A DNA stretch of 34,652 nucleotides from positions 42,771,024 through 42,805,675 of the forward strand of contig NC_057719.1 of assembly GCF_004010195.1 (NCBI RefSeq), written 5' to 3'. The position numbers and the translations under genes are program-made. Positions 1-11,259 of this stretch are shown here, piece after piece. The first letter of the stretch is position 1, and the number at the start of each line of letters is the position of its first letter. The notes under the pieces were generated by a model. It did no database searches. It had not been told where the DNA came from and saw nothing but the letters and a program-made list of their open reading frames with translations. The stretch is from Chiloscyllium plagiosum (taxonomy: Eukaryota).

Positions 1-525
1 GCGCTAACTGATCATGGAAGCTATTGTACAGGAAACCATTCAAGTGGTACTGAAAAAGAATATATTAAAGCAGTATAGTCAGTGGGATTGACACCATTTT
101 CTGTAACAATTAGTGAGAATCCAGGCAGCGGTGTTGTTTGTCTGGCACCAAGGTTTGGGACATCTGCTCAAGACTGGGAAGAAGTTTTCAATGAGAGAAG
201 GAGGATTCAGTTGTCATGGTCCATTAATATCTGCATCAGAGGTACACCAAAAATAAGGTTAGCATTGTCAGTATGTGGAACTAGGTGCCAAATTCAAAAC
301 CAGAACCTGAAAGGTCATAAACTTGGCATTATTACGTAAACTACATGCAAATTGGCATTGGGCAAATCAAATTAGAGAGGTGTATGTATGGATCAAAGAC
401 TGCTATGGGAGGAATAGGTTCTGTACTTTGGGGCATAGACAGTACTACTTGGAAAAGTGGAATCTGTACCAATACAATGGTCCCAACCTGAACTGGGTGG
501 GGCTGGTCTTCCAGCCAACTGCATA
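1..525 (+). mobile_element. Old CR1 LINE ORF1 remnant (SGNH/esterase-like C-terminal part)
   Basis: ORF 323-526 (LLRKLHANWHWANQIREVYVWIKDCYGRNRF...LGH...W.LY..NG.NLN..G) resembles the CR1 ORF1 esterase C-terminus (LLP.PRA.W.R...I...N.WL..WC...GF..GH...DGLHLN..G). It is degraded and boundaries are approximate. Confidence 0.55.
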
Positions 526-527
526 AA

Positions 528-1013
528 TTGGAAGAATGTTGTTAAACCTGACAGATTTCAGAAAACATTTACAAGAATGTCTTTGGAACTGGAAGGTTTG
601 AGTTATACTGAGAGTTTGAATAAGCTGGCGCTTTTTTCCCTGAAGCATCAGAGGCTGAGGGGTGACCTTTTAGAGGTTTATTGCATCATGAGAGCCATGG
701 ATAGGGTGAATAGTTAAGTCTTTTTCTAAAACTAGAGGACATCAGTTTAAGGTGAAAGGGGAAATAGTTATAAAGGGCCTGAAGGGTAACTGTCACACAG
801 AGGGTGGTGCTTGTATAGAACTAACTGCCAGAGGAAGTGGCGGAAACAGGTACAATTACAACATTTCAAAGGCATCTGGATGGATATATGCGATGGAAGG
901 GTTTAGAGGGATATGGACGAAATGCTGGCAAATGAAACGAGGTCAGATTGGGATATCTGATTGGTGCAGATGAGTCTGTCTGCTTCCGTGTGGTATGGTT
1001 CTATGACTCTATG
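528..1013 (+). mobile_element. 5'-truncated CR1 LINE 3' end
   Basis: Peptide LSYTESLNKLALFSLKHQRLRGDLLEVY (CR1 ORF2 C-terminus); ends in a CTATGACT-type tail at 1001-1013; similar to copies at 10157-10914 and 12362-13049. Confidence 0.9.
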
Positions 1014-1019
1014 CTCTGG

Positions 1020-1920
1020 AATTGACTATACTAGACCTGCCACTGTGCAACAAGATTACTTAATGATCTCATGGTGAAAGTGCCTGGAGATGGCAGCGAG
1101 CCTAATATGATTGAATTTTACATTCAGGTTGTGGGTGAGAGGAGTGAGTGCAAGACATCTTTTTAACTTTAAGTAAGGGGAATTTTGTGGGCATGAAAGC
1201 AGAGTTGGCTAAAGTGCATTGGCAGCTTAGGTTAAAGGATTGGTCAATGGAGATGCAATGGCAGCCTTTTAAGGAGATATTTCACAAAACACGGAATAGT
1301 TTTGTTTTGATTAGGATGGAATATGGGCATGGCTGGCTGGGCTAGCATTTATTACTTGGCTCTAATTGCCCTAACTGAGTTGTTTGGTAGGCCATTTCAG
1401 GGGGCAGTTAAAAGTCAACAACACTGTTGTTGATCAGGAGTTACAGGCAGATCAGACCAGGTAAGGATGGTAGAATTTCTTCCCTAAACAACATTACTGA
1501 GCAAGTTGAATTTTTACGACCAACAATTATGTCGTGGCCATTAGCTAGCTTTTAATTCTAGAATTTATTGAATTCACATTTCACCATTGGTGGGGTGATG
1601 GGATTCAAATCCACGTCCGCAGAACATTAATCTGGGGGATGCTCTGGATTCTACTCCAGGGATATTCTAATGAGAAAGAAAAATTCAAAAGAATGGACAC
1701 ACAATCAGTGACTAACGAGGATGATTAAATATTGTATCAAACTTAAAGAAAAAGCCTATAACTGTGCAAAGACAAGTGACACAAGTCAGAAAATTGGACA
1801 GAATGCAAAAAAAAGGTTTTTAAAAAATGACTAAAAAACTCAAATGAAGAGAAAAATTAGAATATGAAAGAAAACTAACCAGAAATTTATAAACACATAG
1901 TAAGTGTTACTGTAAATATT
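1020..1920 (+). mobile_element. Degraded CR1 ORF2 endonuclease/tether fragments, interrupted by another short repeat (~1320-1660)
   Basis: Remnant motifs ILDL, INDL, NMIEF and the ORF 1148-1345 (KGNFVGMKAELAKVHWQ...QWQPFKEIF) are typical of the region after the CR1 endonuclease. Boundaries are approximate. Confidence 0.55.
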
Positions 1921-1934
1921 TTTTTTTAAAGTTG

Positions 1935-2494
1935 GCAATTATACAGGGTCTTGGTGAGGCCACATCTAGAATATTGTGTACAGTTTTGGTCTCCTTTTCT
2001 GAGGAAGGATACTCTTGCTCTTAAGGGAGTGCAGCCAAGGTTTACCAGGCTGATTCCGGGAATGGCGGGACTACATATGAGGAGAGATTGACTAGGTTAG
2101 GATTGTTTTACCTGGAGTTCAGATGAGTGACGGGGGATCTCGTAGAGACCTATAAAATTATAAGATGCATGTTTCCAATGGTGAGTGCATCCAGAACCAG
2201 GGGTCACACTCTGATGATTCAGGGTGGACCATTTAGGATGGAGATGAGGAGACATTTCTTCACCCAAAGAATGGTGAGCCTGTGGAATTCATTGCCACAG
2301 GAAGTTGTTGTTGCCAAAACATTGAAGGTATTCAAGGCGCAGCTAAATATAGCATTTGGGGCAAATGGAACCAAAGGTTATGGGGAGAAAGCAGGATTAG
2401 GCTATTGAGTTGGACAATCAGCTATAATACTGATGAGTGGTGGAGCAGGCTCAAAGGGCCAAATGCCCTTCTCCTGCTCCCATCTTCTATGTTT
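1935..2494 (+). mobile_element. 5'-truncated CR1 LINE 3' end (second subfamily)
   Basis: LVRPHLEYCVQFWSP, GDLVETYKI, SRTRGH, FFTQRMVSLWNSLP motifs; ends at TTCTATGTTT. Confidence 0.9.
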
Positions 2495-3742
2495 ACCTCA
2501 TTTGAATTTCTCAGTATATACCTTGTCCATTATAAATGTAAAATATATTTTGATACCTCATCAAATAATTTACAATTGTTGATATGATTTACATTCTCAA
2601 TTCTTTTTAATCAATCATTGTCACTCCTCTTGAAACTTTTGCATCTAGATCTATATTATTTTTCAAAATATTGGACTCTGCCATTGAGTTATACAGAGCA
2701 ATATGATTCTGAATGTAAGCATGCAACTATGCTTACTTAGCTTTAGTGGCTGAAATTGGCAATAGGCTGCCCAATATTCCTACCTTTCCAGTGATCCCTG
2801 ATGAGCGCATGTTAGCCAGATATGCCCCATTCCTCCATTACGTAAAATATGGAAGGACTGCTGTTAACCATTGGAGCTTCACGGTAGCTTTCCAAAGCAA
2901 AGCAGAGAAAATGATGTGGGAGTGGAAGATTAGGATGGGAGGTAAAGGAGAAAAATACTATCACTGTTTGATATAAAATTACAGTGCTATCCAAGATATA
3001 TAAAAACCTATTCTAGTACTGTTCTACTGATCAAAGCAAAATGCCTTTATTAAAAAATCTTAACTTCTAAGTGTGTTATGTTACGGTTCTGTTAGTTGAA
3101 TGGTTTCTATTTGAATTTTTGTTTCTTACTATGAGTATTGACTTCAATATAACAAGTTAGATTATTAATAACAAAACTAACATTAATTTGCATGAAAAGA
3201 AGAGAGTTTCTCCTATTTCTAACTCCCAGCCCTGATAAGCACTAAACATCAATTTCAATTCCTCTTTTGCACAGTTTTTTTATTGGTGATTTGTGATACA
3301 AACTATTCAGTAGTTTAGAGTGGCTGTGTTTTGGATTGTAAAAACATAGATTTTTATTTGAATTTCTTTCTGTTTTTTTCAGCCTGTTTAAATCGGATGC
3401 ATATTTAAAACATATCCATTGCTGAACTAAACACTTCGCAAATTCACATAAATAGATGAATGAGATGACCAGTTGACATTCAGAATTATTTTCTTTTCTT
3501 TGATTTTTTTCAAGAAACAAAGTGCAATAGTTCTATGTAGGGTGGGTCTGAATATATATAAGAATGTGATGAGAACAAAAGGTCCAAAGGAAAAATGATA
3601 AGAAATTTTCCTCCATACCCAACACAAAGTAACAGCTCTGTACCATTGACAAGATGCAGTAATTTATCAAAGTTCCTTCCTATACTTCCAAACATCCAAT
3701 CTTCTTCTTAGAAAGATAGGGGCAGCAGCTGATTGGGATTAC

Positions 3743-4397
3743 TGTTATGGACCAGACCAAATCCCCTTCAAATATATCGAGGCGATAGTCTAGATCTTTA
3801 TTTAAAGACAAGTGTAAGGTACTGTGTTCCAAATATAATTTGATTGTTCATGCTACTCAGCTTGAAGCAAAACACACTTTATTCTTATACTCAGTTAAAA
3901 TACAAACAAAAGGAAGAAGAATTGGTATAGCTTTATCTCTTATTGGAAAACTTAACACAAGAATAAATCATTTAACTATTAAACAGCCATTGTTCCAATG
4001 AAGTAACATCCCATAAACACACTCTTGGCAAAGGCAGATTCAGTAAAATAGATTGTCTCACGTGCAATGTTTCTCCAGTCCAGAGAAAAGATGATCAAGA
4101 GAAAATTCTGGCAGAGAGAGAGAGCACTCCAGCTTTTTGCTTCAGCCAAGGGAAATGTATCAGAGTTTCCACAGTTTACTTCAAACCCCCAACAACTGCA
4201 GAAAGCTAAATTAAAACTCTGGTTCTGTGGGAGCCTGACTCCACCCATTCATGCTGCTTCAATTATTCTAACTTTAAAAAAAAACCCAGAGCCTCACAAG
4301 CTGCTTACTTTATTGGCTTAGAAGAGACAACTCTGAACCATTGTCTCAAAGCCCTCTTCAAAAAATACAAGGACAAAATACACTTCTTAAAACCACA
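3743..4397 (-). repeat. 3' LTR of the Gmr1-like element (~655 bp)
   Basis: TGT...ACA termini (TGTTATGG at 3743; CCACA ending 4397), adjacent to a polypurine tract, with minus-strand AATAAA at 3878-3883. No second LTR in the window to confirm the ends. Confidence 0.65.
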
Positions 4398-4401
4398 CTG
4401 A

Positions 4402-4414
4402 CCCCCCCCCCCCC
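4402..4414 (-). other. Polypurine tract (G run on - strand) preceding the 3' LTR
   Basis: C13 run on the + strand between the end of pol and the LTR. Confidence 0.65.
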
Positions 4415-4579
4415 AAAAAAAGAAATCAATGTATAAAAATGGTTCATTTTAAAAATTCTTTAGTCTTGAACTATTAGTACAATACAATACATATATATTA
4501 CATTGACTCTAAGCATGCACACATTCAATATTACAGTCCATTTTAGTCCATTCCTTCTGCCACTGAACATCTTTGTCTT

Positions 4580-4740
4580 TCCTCATCAAAGTCGTGACAA
4601 TATTTCAGCAATTACCTTCTCTTATCCTGCCACATGTATTACTTTCAAATTAAATGGCTGTAACAATAAACTCCAACGAAACAGTCTCATAATTTTATCT
4701 ATAAACCTTTCCAACAATATTAAGGGGTCAGGTGCAATCA
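4580..4740 (-). pseudogene. Gypsy RNase H C-terminal remnant
   Basis: Minus strand reads RLFRWSLLLQPFNLKVIHVAG*EKVIAEILSR, matching the RW.L.LQ....I.H..G..N..AD.LSR motif. Confidence 0.85.
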
Positions 4741-4818
4741 CCTGACGGAGTAGCACTCTGAAAGCTAGTGCTTCAAAATAAACCTATTGGACTATAACTT
4801 GGTGTTGTGTGATTTTTA
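4741..4818 (+). mobile_element. Short Penelope-like terminal-repeat fragment with decayed hammerhead motif
   Basis: CCTGAC-GGAGT-AGC-ACTCT-GAAAGCTAGTG...AAACCTATTGGACTATAACTTGGTGTTGTG; same family as 15880-15950. Confidence 0.6.
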
Positions 4819-4819
4819 A

Positions 4820-5300
4820 AAATAACCAGATCATCTATGTGTGCCACACAATTGGGTAATTCTGAAATGAATTGGTTAGTCTTTAAAATGTGGATGGTAC
4901 ATTTTACATACTAAGTGCTTTAACTTGAAATTAGTAAATTCTATTTGGTGTCACAAAAGCCAAAATTTCCTTTGCTCTCTCAGATAAAAGTATCTGCCAG
5001 TAATCTTTAAGCTAGTCCAGCTTTGAAACATAAGTTTCTTGTCCCACCTTCTCAATTAATCTTTCAGCCATAGAATAGGATATAAATCAGATTTTATAAT
5101 TGCATTGACTTTGCAGTAGTCAATACCTACATATTGGGTATCATCTGGTTTTGGCACCATCATTATGGGTAAATTCCATTGACCACAACTCACTTTGATT
5201 GAATTATATTTGAGCATGCTTTCAATTTTTTTTTTATACATCTGCCAATTTTAAAGGGTTAAGTGTATAAGGATGTTGCTTAATTGGAACAGAATTTCCT
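4820..5300 (-). pseudogene. Gypsy reverse transcriptase remnant
   Basis: IKQHPY; QWNLPIMMVPKPDDTQYVGIDYCKVNAIIKSDLYPI; LKDYWQI; AHIDDLVIF (YIDD-equivalent). Confidence 0.88.
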
Positions 5301-5499
5301 GTATCTACATCATGTGTAATCATGTTAGTACTTCCTAGCTTATTCCCACATATCTCTCCACGTGATTGTAATAACTCTTTCAGGTCATTTCAATTTTCCT
5401 CTGGAATTTATCAATAATTTATCCCAATTTTTGAGAAACTCCTCCTTACCCAATTTAATTTGAAAATGATCAAATTCAAATTTATCTGGATTTGCTTAT

Positions 5500-6716
5500 T
5501 CACTCCGAGTGGTAACAAATACCAAATTGTCCTTTGCTTTCCTTCCTGATCAAAATACCATTTGACCGTACTCACATGACACGGTCTGTGAGTTTTCTTT
5601 CTATCTGGCATTCTAATCAAATAATTCACCTCACTCAATTTCCTTTCAATTTGATAAGGCTCACTAAACCTTGCTTTTAAAGGTTCATCTACCTTTGGTA
5701 GTAACATTAACACTTTATCTCCTCTACTGAAACAACAAATTTTTCATTTCTTTTCTGCTTCTTGTTTCAACATGTACTTTCAAATGCTGTCTAGCCAACT
5801 CACCCATTCTATTTAACCTTTCTCTGAAACAAAATCCCAAATATATGGTCATCAAACTCTGACTTACCAATATTTCCTGAATTAATTTAAGTCACCCTCT
5901 CATCTCATTCCGAAAACTAATTCAAATGGACTGAATTTAGCTGAATCACTGGGTGCATCCTAATTTCAAAAATTACATATGGAATTCATCTATCCCAATC
6001 TTCTGGATAGTCTTGACCATAAACCCCCAGCGTGGTCTTTAAAATTTGAGGCATCCTTCTAATGTTCCTTGCAATTCTGAATGGTACGCTGTTGATTTTA
6101 ATTGTTTTATTCCTAAGTAATCTATAACTTACTTGAATAATTTTGATGCAGAATTTGACCCTTGATCTGATTGTATCTCTCTAGGTAGTCTATATCAAGT
6201 ATAAAATATTTCTTCTAACTTCCTTTTAGCTGTAATATTGCATAATGGAATAACATCTGGAAAGCATGTAATGCATCCATTATGGAGTTTTGAGAAGATT
6301 TGTAGCTCAGGTTGAGGTTCTGGATGTAAGTTCCCTCGCTGAGCTAGAAGGTTCGTGTCAGACATTTCATCACCATACTAGGTAATATCATCAGAGAGCC
6401 TCCAATGAAGCACTGGTGGTATTGCCCGCTTTTTATTTATGTGTAAATAATGGTTAACAAATATTGATTTCCACTTTTTGTTTTAGGGAAGGGTCCTATA
6501 CAATCAATTAATACTCTTATAAAAGGTTTCTCAAATGCTGGAAAAGGTATTAATGGCGTTGGTTTTATTCTGCCTGTTTATTACTTCCTATTACCTGACA
6601 TATGTGACCTGTCCACGAAAACTCAACCACATCTCAATGTAGTCCATGGCAGTAAAAATGTTTTTGTAGTTTGCTTTGAGTTTTCCTTACTCCCAAATGA
6701 CCTTTTACTGGTACAT
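5500..6716 (-). pseudogene. Gypsy integrase remnant (HHCC, core, GPY/F module)
   Basis: GHLGVRKTQ...HFY...HICQVIG; PFIRVLIDCIGPFPKTKSGNQYLLTI; EIQSDQGSN; LGIKQLKSTAYHSELQG; PLKARFSEPYQIERKLSEVNYLI. Confidence 0.9.
6285..6445 (-). mobile_element. Short insertion in the integrase carrying a hammerhead-like motif (probable Penelope-like terminal fragment)
   Basis: Interrupts the codons LLTI|MDA with a degenerate duplication ATTATGG/ATAATGG. Minus strand 6394-6361 reads CTGATGA-T-ATTACC-TAGTAT-GGTGAT-GAAA-TG-TC. Confidence 0.6.
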
Positions 6717-7116
6717 TGATTTAATTTGATTTAATTTATTATTGTCACATGTACTGAGATACAGTGTGAAGTATTGCTTTGCATGCTAATCAGACAACAC
6801 ATACCTTACTTAAGTACATAAGGGTAAATGAACATAATGCAGAATATAGTGTTACAGCTACTGAAAAGGTGCAGAGAAATATATAAGTGATCCAGTCATA
6901 AATCTGATAACAGCAGGGAAGAAACTGCTCTTGAATCTATGGGACAATTTAACATGACCAATCTACACTGTGCAGTTTGTGGAAGGAAACCAAAGCACAC
7001 AGGCAGACACTGGGAGAACATGTAAACTCCATATAGACAGTCACCCAAGGCTGGAATTGAAGTCAGGTTCTTGATGCTGTGAGGCAGCAGTGCTACCCAC
7101 TGAGCCACCATGCCAC
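6716..7116 (-). mobile_element. tRNA-derived V-SINE head joined to a Rex1/Babar-type LINE 3' end
   Basis: 7116-6940 aligns with the head and core of the SINE at 11969 (GGTGGCTCAGTGGGTAGCACTGCTGCCTCACAGC...). 6939-6716 begins with RFKSSFFPAVIRFM and ends in an AAATT/AAATC tail. Confidence 0.7.
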
Positions 7117-7277
7117 CTGTTCATAAAATAGATGTTGTTCATAACATTCTTGGTGGGGGGAGGTAATATTGAAGCCCATATCATCCAGTCCTGTTGTAAA
7201 TCATGTGCCATTTTCGAGTATTAGCCAAGGCAGTTTATTTCAGCTTATTCCCTTTTATGTTGATGGTAGTAGTACTT

Positions 7278-7376
7278 CAGTTCTAATGTAGAGTCACCAG
7301 ACTCGGAATGTTAACACTGCTTCCTCCCCACAGATGCTGCCAGACCTGCTGAATTCTAGCAATAATTTTGGTTTTT
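7278..7376 (+). mobile_element. Decayed Penelope-like terminal fragment
   Basis: TTCTAATGTA-GAGTC-ACCA-GACTC-GGAATGTTAAC...CACAGATGCTGCCAGACCTGCTGA; related to 29890-30045. Confidence 0.55.
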
Positions 7377-9189
7377 GTTGGTAGTTTAGTAACACTTCTT
7401 AATCAGTTTTAAACAACATAAACTAAAATAATCAAATTACCAAAACTATTTAAAAGAATTGGTGATAATGTCATTTACACCTTCAACTCATGTTGATGTT
7501 GAATGCATTGTTATAGAATGTTTCATCAGCTATATGAATAATTGGACATTGATGCCATGGTTTCTCACTACAGTGTGACACTGCCTTTATTGATGAGCTT
7601 GCGTTAATGAACATTTTTCATTAGTGAATGGTTTCCTTTTATGTTGAAGACTAAAATCTGAGTGTATGAAGGTGGACAATACACTACTGGTGCTACAGTT
7701 GGTTATCTGAAGTTGTTTTGGAAAAACTGGATGAAGCATCACCTCGTATACATTCATCATTTCATTTACAGCATGGCAGGAAATATGGATGATTGCAAAA
7801 TGAATCCCAATGTGTACAAGTGATTTGTGATGTGATATAACATATCCTGATTTTATATTGATGCTGAAGTAACCATTAAACTACCAATATTTTCATCCTT
7901 AGTGTACAGATTTAGCCTTTGTCAAAATAATTTTAAATATACTATCCCTCACACCAGGCATAGAAGTCAGACCTCTGCAAACCCGAGAAGTGAGCTCCTA
8001 TACTTGAGCAGTAGCTAGTTCTCTAAAATTCTTAGTTGAAATATGACTTGGTTATGAAGTTCTTCTAAAAAGGTTTATGATCATTTTCTTTGTGTGGTCA
8101 AGCCAAAAAATGTAATGTAAAAACAACTCGCGGTACCATTTTTTTGCTAATAGATTGAAGGTTACACTAAAAGTGAAAAGCTTCATGTGCAACTTTTAAA
8201 TGAGGGAAAAGAAAGCATTTTATAAAACAGTTGTAAAAGTTATCCAAGGACTATTCCCATGCTTTAGGGCCTTGCAAGGATAATTACAAAGTGTTTACAA
8301 GAACAATGCACAGTAGGATCCTTATCTCAGCTCTTGTATTGAGCATTCTGATGGAAGTGAAAATGGAGTAAAGTAACATTTATATCAGCTACCTTATTGA
8401 ATAAATCATAAAACAAAATTAAAAACTTAAAGAATTGAATTCAAAAATGGCATCAAGTTCATACTTCCACAGTGTTTATGAAAATATAATGGTCATTAGC
8501 TGCACTGCTCTTTCTGTTTTCAGTTGACTGTGATAATTCAGTGTGGCCTCAGCATGTCCTACAGTTTATTACATACAATGAAGCAATATTAGAGGTGTAG
8601 CCATTGATGGAATCATAACAGCAGTTCAATAAGCTGGTTGACCACACCTGTTCGACTGACAAGTTAGATACAAACTGTAAATACTGGCATTGTCAGCAAT
8701 GCCCATGTCTCATGATAAAATATATAAGTTTTGTTAATATTTGTTTTTTGTTTGTAAAGTCTGTGCTTTTTGAAACAAGTTGAGACTCTACAGTTCATGC
8801 ATTTTGCTCATTGATGTGGATGTACCTGCCTGTCTTGTTGAAGTATGCAAGTTATTAAGTCACAACAAACTTCAGTATAAAAGTAAGCATTGCTGAAAAG
8901 ATGCATAGATTCAAAGCATTTCACCTTGCAGTTATCAAGTCTGCAAAGCAAGAAAATCAATTTAAAAAGGGTTAGTTAGACTTGGTTGGTATGAAGGTGT
9001 AATGGGGCTTATTAACAGTTAAATGAAATTCAAAGCAGGCATGTTAACTCAGGTGAGAGCATTGCCATTGAAATGCAGGTGTTTTCATTGGCTTTTCCTC
9101 ACTGAAATAAAGGCATTGTTTGAGCGTGTTTTTTTCTCTATTGGAAGGAGAAGGCGTCTCAATTTGAGCAAAGGTGAAACGAGCCATTT

Positions 9190-9482
9190 TTAAAAATTCA
9201 TTCACTGGATGTGGGCAGGCATGAATTACTTATCCCTAGTTGTCCTTGGGAAAGTGGTGGTGAGCTACCTTCTCAAACCGCTGCAGTCCATTTGCTGTAG
9301 GTAGATCCCATAATGCTGTTACAGAGGGGGTTCCCATAATTTGACAGACTGACACTGAAGGAACAGCAAGATATTTCCCAGTCAGAATCATGAGTGGGTT
9401 TTGTTGGGAACATGTAAGATGATGGTGTTCCCATGTATCTGCTACCCTTCGAGATGGAAGTGGTTATGGGTTTGGAAGGTGA
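9190..9482. mobile_element. Old interspersed repeat fragment (probably a LINE 3' end)
   Basis: Starts with text similar to the repeat at ~1320 (GGGC...GCAT..ATT...CCCTA.TTG.CC). Family not established. Confidence 0.35.
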
Positions 9483-10150
9483 TGGCAGATGGAGTATAAT
9501 GTGGATAAATATAGAGTTATTCAATTTGCTAGCAAAACTAGGAGGATAGATAATTGTTTGGCCGTAAATTGAGTGGGAAATGCTTAATGAGATCTGGATG
9601 TCCTTGTGCACCAGTCATTGAAAGTAAGTGTGCACGTGCAGTAGGCAGTAAAGAAGGCAAACTACAGGCTGGCCTTCATAGCCATCGGATTTAAATACAG
9701 GTACAAGGGTGATCTCATTATCTGAGGAAGGATGTTTTTGTTATAGAGGGAGTGCAGTGAAGGTTTACCAAGTTGATTCCTGGGCTGGCAGGACTGACAA
9801 CTGAGGAGAGATTGAATTGGTTAGGATTGAATTCACCGGAGTTTAGAAGAATGAGGGGGGATCTCATAGAGGTGTATAAAATTCTAACAGGGCTAGACCG
9901 GTTAGATGAATGAAGGATGTTCGCATTGTTGGGGGAACCCAAACCAGGGATCATAGTTTAATGATAAGGGGGAAACCTATTAGGACTCAGATGAGGAGAC
10001 ATTACTTCACCCAGAGAGTGGTGAGCCTTTGGGAGTGATTCAGGCCAAAGCATTGTGCTTTCAAGAAGGAGGTAGATTTAGTCTTGGGGCTAAAGGAATC
10101 AAGGAATAATGGGAGGAGGATGAGATGAGGGTTTTGAGCTTGATCAATCA
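9483..10150 (+). mobile_element. CR1 ORF2 3' fragment with internal deletions
   Basis: WQMEYNV, DLDVLVH, YLRKDV..IEGVQ.RFTKLIPG, RMRGDLIEVYKIL motifs. Confidence 0.85.
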
Positions 10151-10156
10151 TGAGAT

Positions 10157-10914
10157 TGGTGAGAAGGGAAAAATTTTAAAGGGACCTTAGGGGCAACTTG
10201 TTCACACAAAGGGTGGTGCGAGTATGGAATGAGCTGCCAGAGGGGAGATAGAGAACACTTCAGAGAACATCTCTGGGCCACACGAACCCAACAACCCCAC
10301 TGCCGACTACTTCAATTCTCCCTCCCACTCCACCAAGGACACGCAAGTCCTGGGCTCCTCTACTGCCAAATCAAACCATCCAATGACGGGAGGAAGAATG
10401 CCTCATCTTCTGTCTTGGTACCCTCCAACAATATGGCATCAACAGTGACTTCACTAGTTTCCAAATCAACAATCCTCCCACCTCATCCCAAATCCAACCT
10501 CCCAGCTCCGCACTGCCCTCTTGACCTGCCGTACCTGTCCATCATCATTCCCTCCTATCCACTTCACCTTTCCGCACCACCCCCTCATTCACATTCCTAA
10601 TGAAGGGCTTATGCCCTCCTTCTCCTTCTCCTCGGATGCTGCCAGACCTGCTGTGCTTTTCCAGCACCATACTTTTTGACTCTAACTCTCCAGAATCTGC
10701 AGTCCTCACTTTCTGTCAGAGGAAATGGTAGAGGCTGGCACAATTACAACATTTAAAAGGCATCTAAATGGGTATATGAATAGGAAGGGTTTAGAGTCAT
10801 ATGGGCCAAGTGCTGGCAAATGGGACTAGATTAGGTTGGGATATCTTGTCAGCATGGCTGAGTTGGACCGAAGGGTCTGTTTCTGTGTTGTACGTCTCTA
10901 TGACTCTATGACTC
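10157..10914 (+). mobile_element. Short CR1 3' end, interrupted by a Penelope-like fragment
   Basis: FTQRVVRVWNELP|EE continues at 10713; CTATGACT x2 tail ends at ~10914. Confidence 0.88.
10244..10712 (+). mobile_element. Penelope-like element 3' fragment (GIY-YIG C-terminal region plus terminal repeat)
   Basis: FREHLWATR...FNSPSHS...LGLL...LIFCLGTLQQYGINSDF (frameshifted), a C-rich tract, then CTAATGAAGGGCTTATGCCC. Flanked by a 10-bp TSD CTGCCAGAGG/CTGTCAGAGG. Confidence 0.8.
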
Positions 10915-11259
10915 CATTGGTATCATCTAATGTGCTACCCTCAACATCTTCTTTCGATAGCCCACCAATAGTATAGTTTGATAAGCTTCTGCCAATGTTT
11001 CATCTGCCTGAATAAGTAATGGTCTCTATTTCCTCATCAAGACTTAATTTTTAAGATAATAACATTCTGACATACACTCAGATGTTTCTTCTGTGTGTGC
11101 TTTTTGCTATAGCTACTTTACTTTGTTCATTTTTTTGTTAAAATTTAACTAACCTCACTGAACGAAAAATATCCACTTTGTCCTCAACCTGTTCTTGTTT
11201 TGTTCTCAACTATTTCACCAATAAAATTTCTGACTATTGAACTTCAACCTCTGTACCTT

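Noticed and set aside
7120..9190. Exons of a neighbouring gene in the unique-looking block
   Set aside because: No long ORF or recognisable peptide with convincing splice sites.
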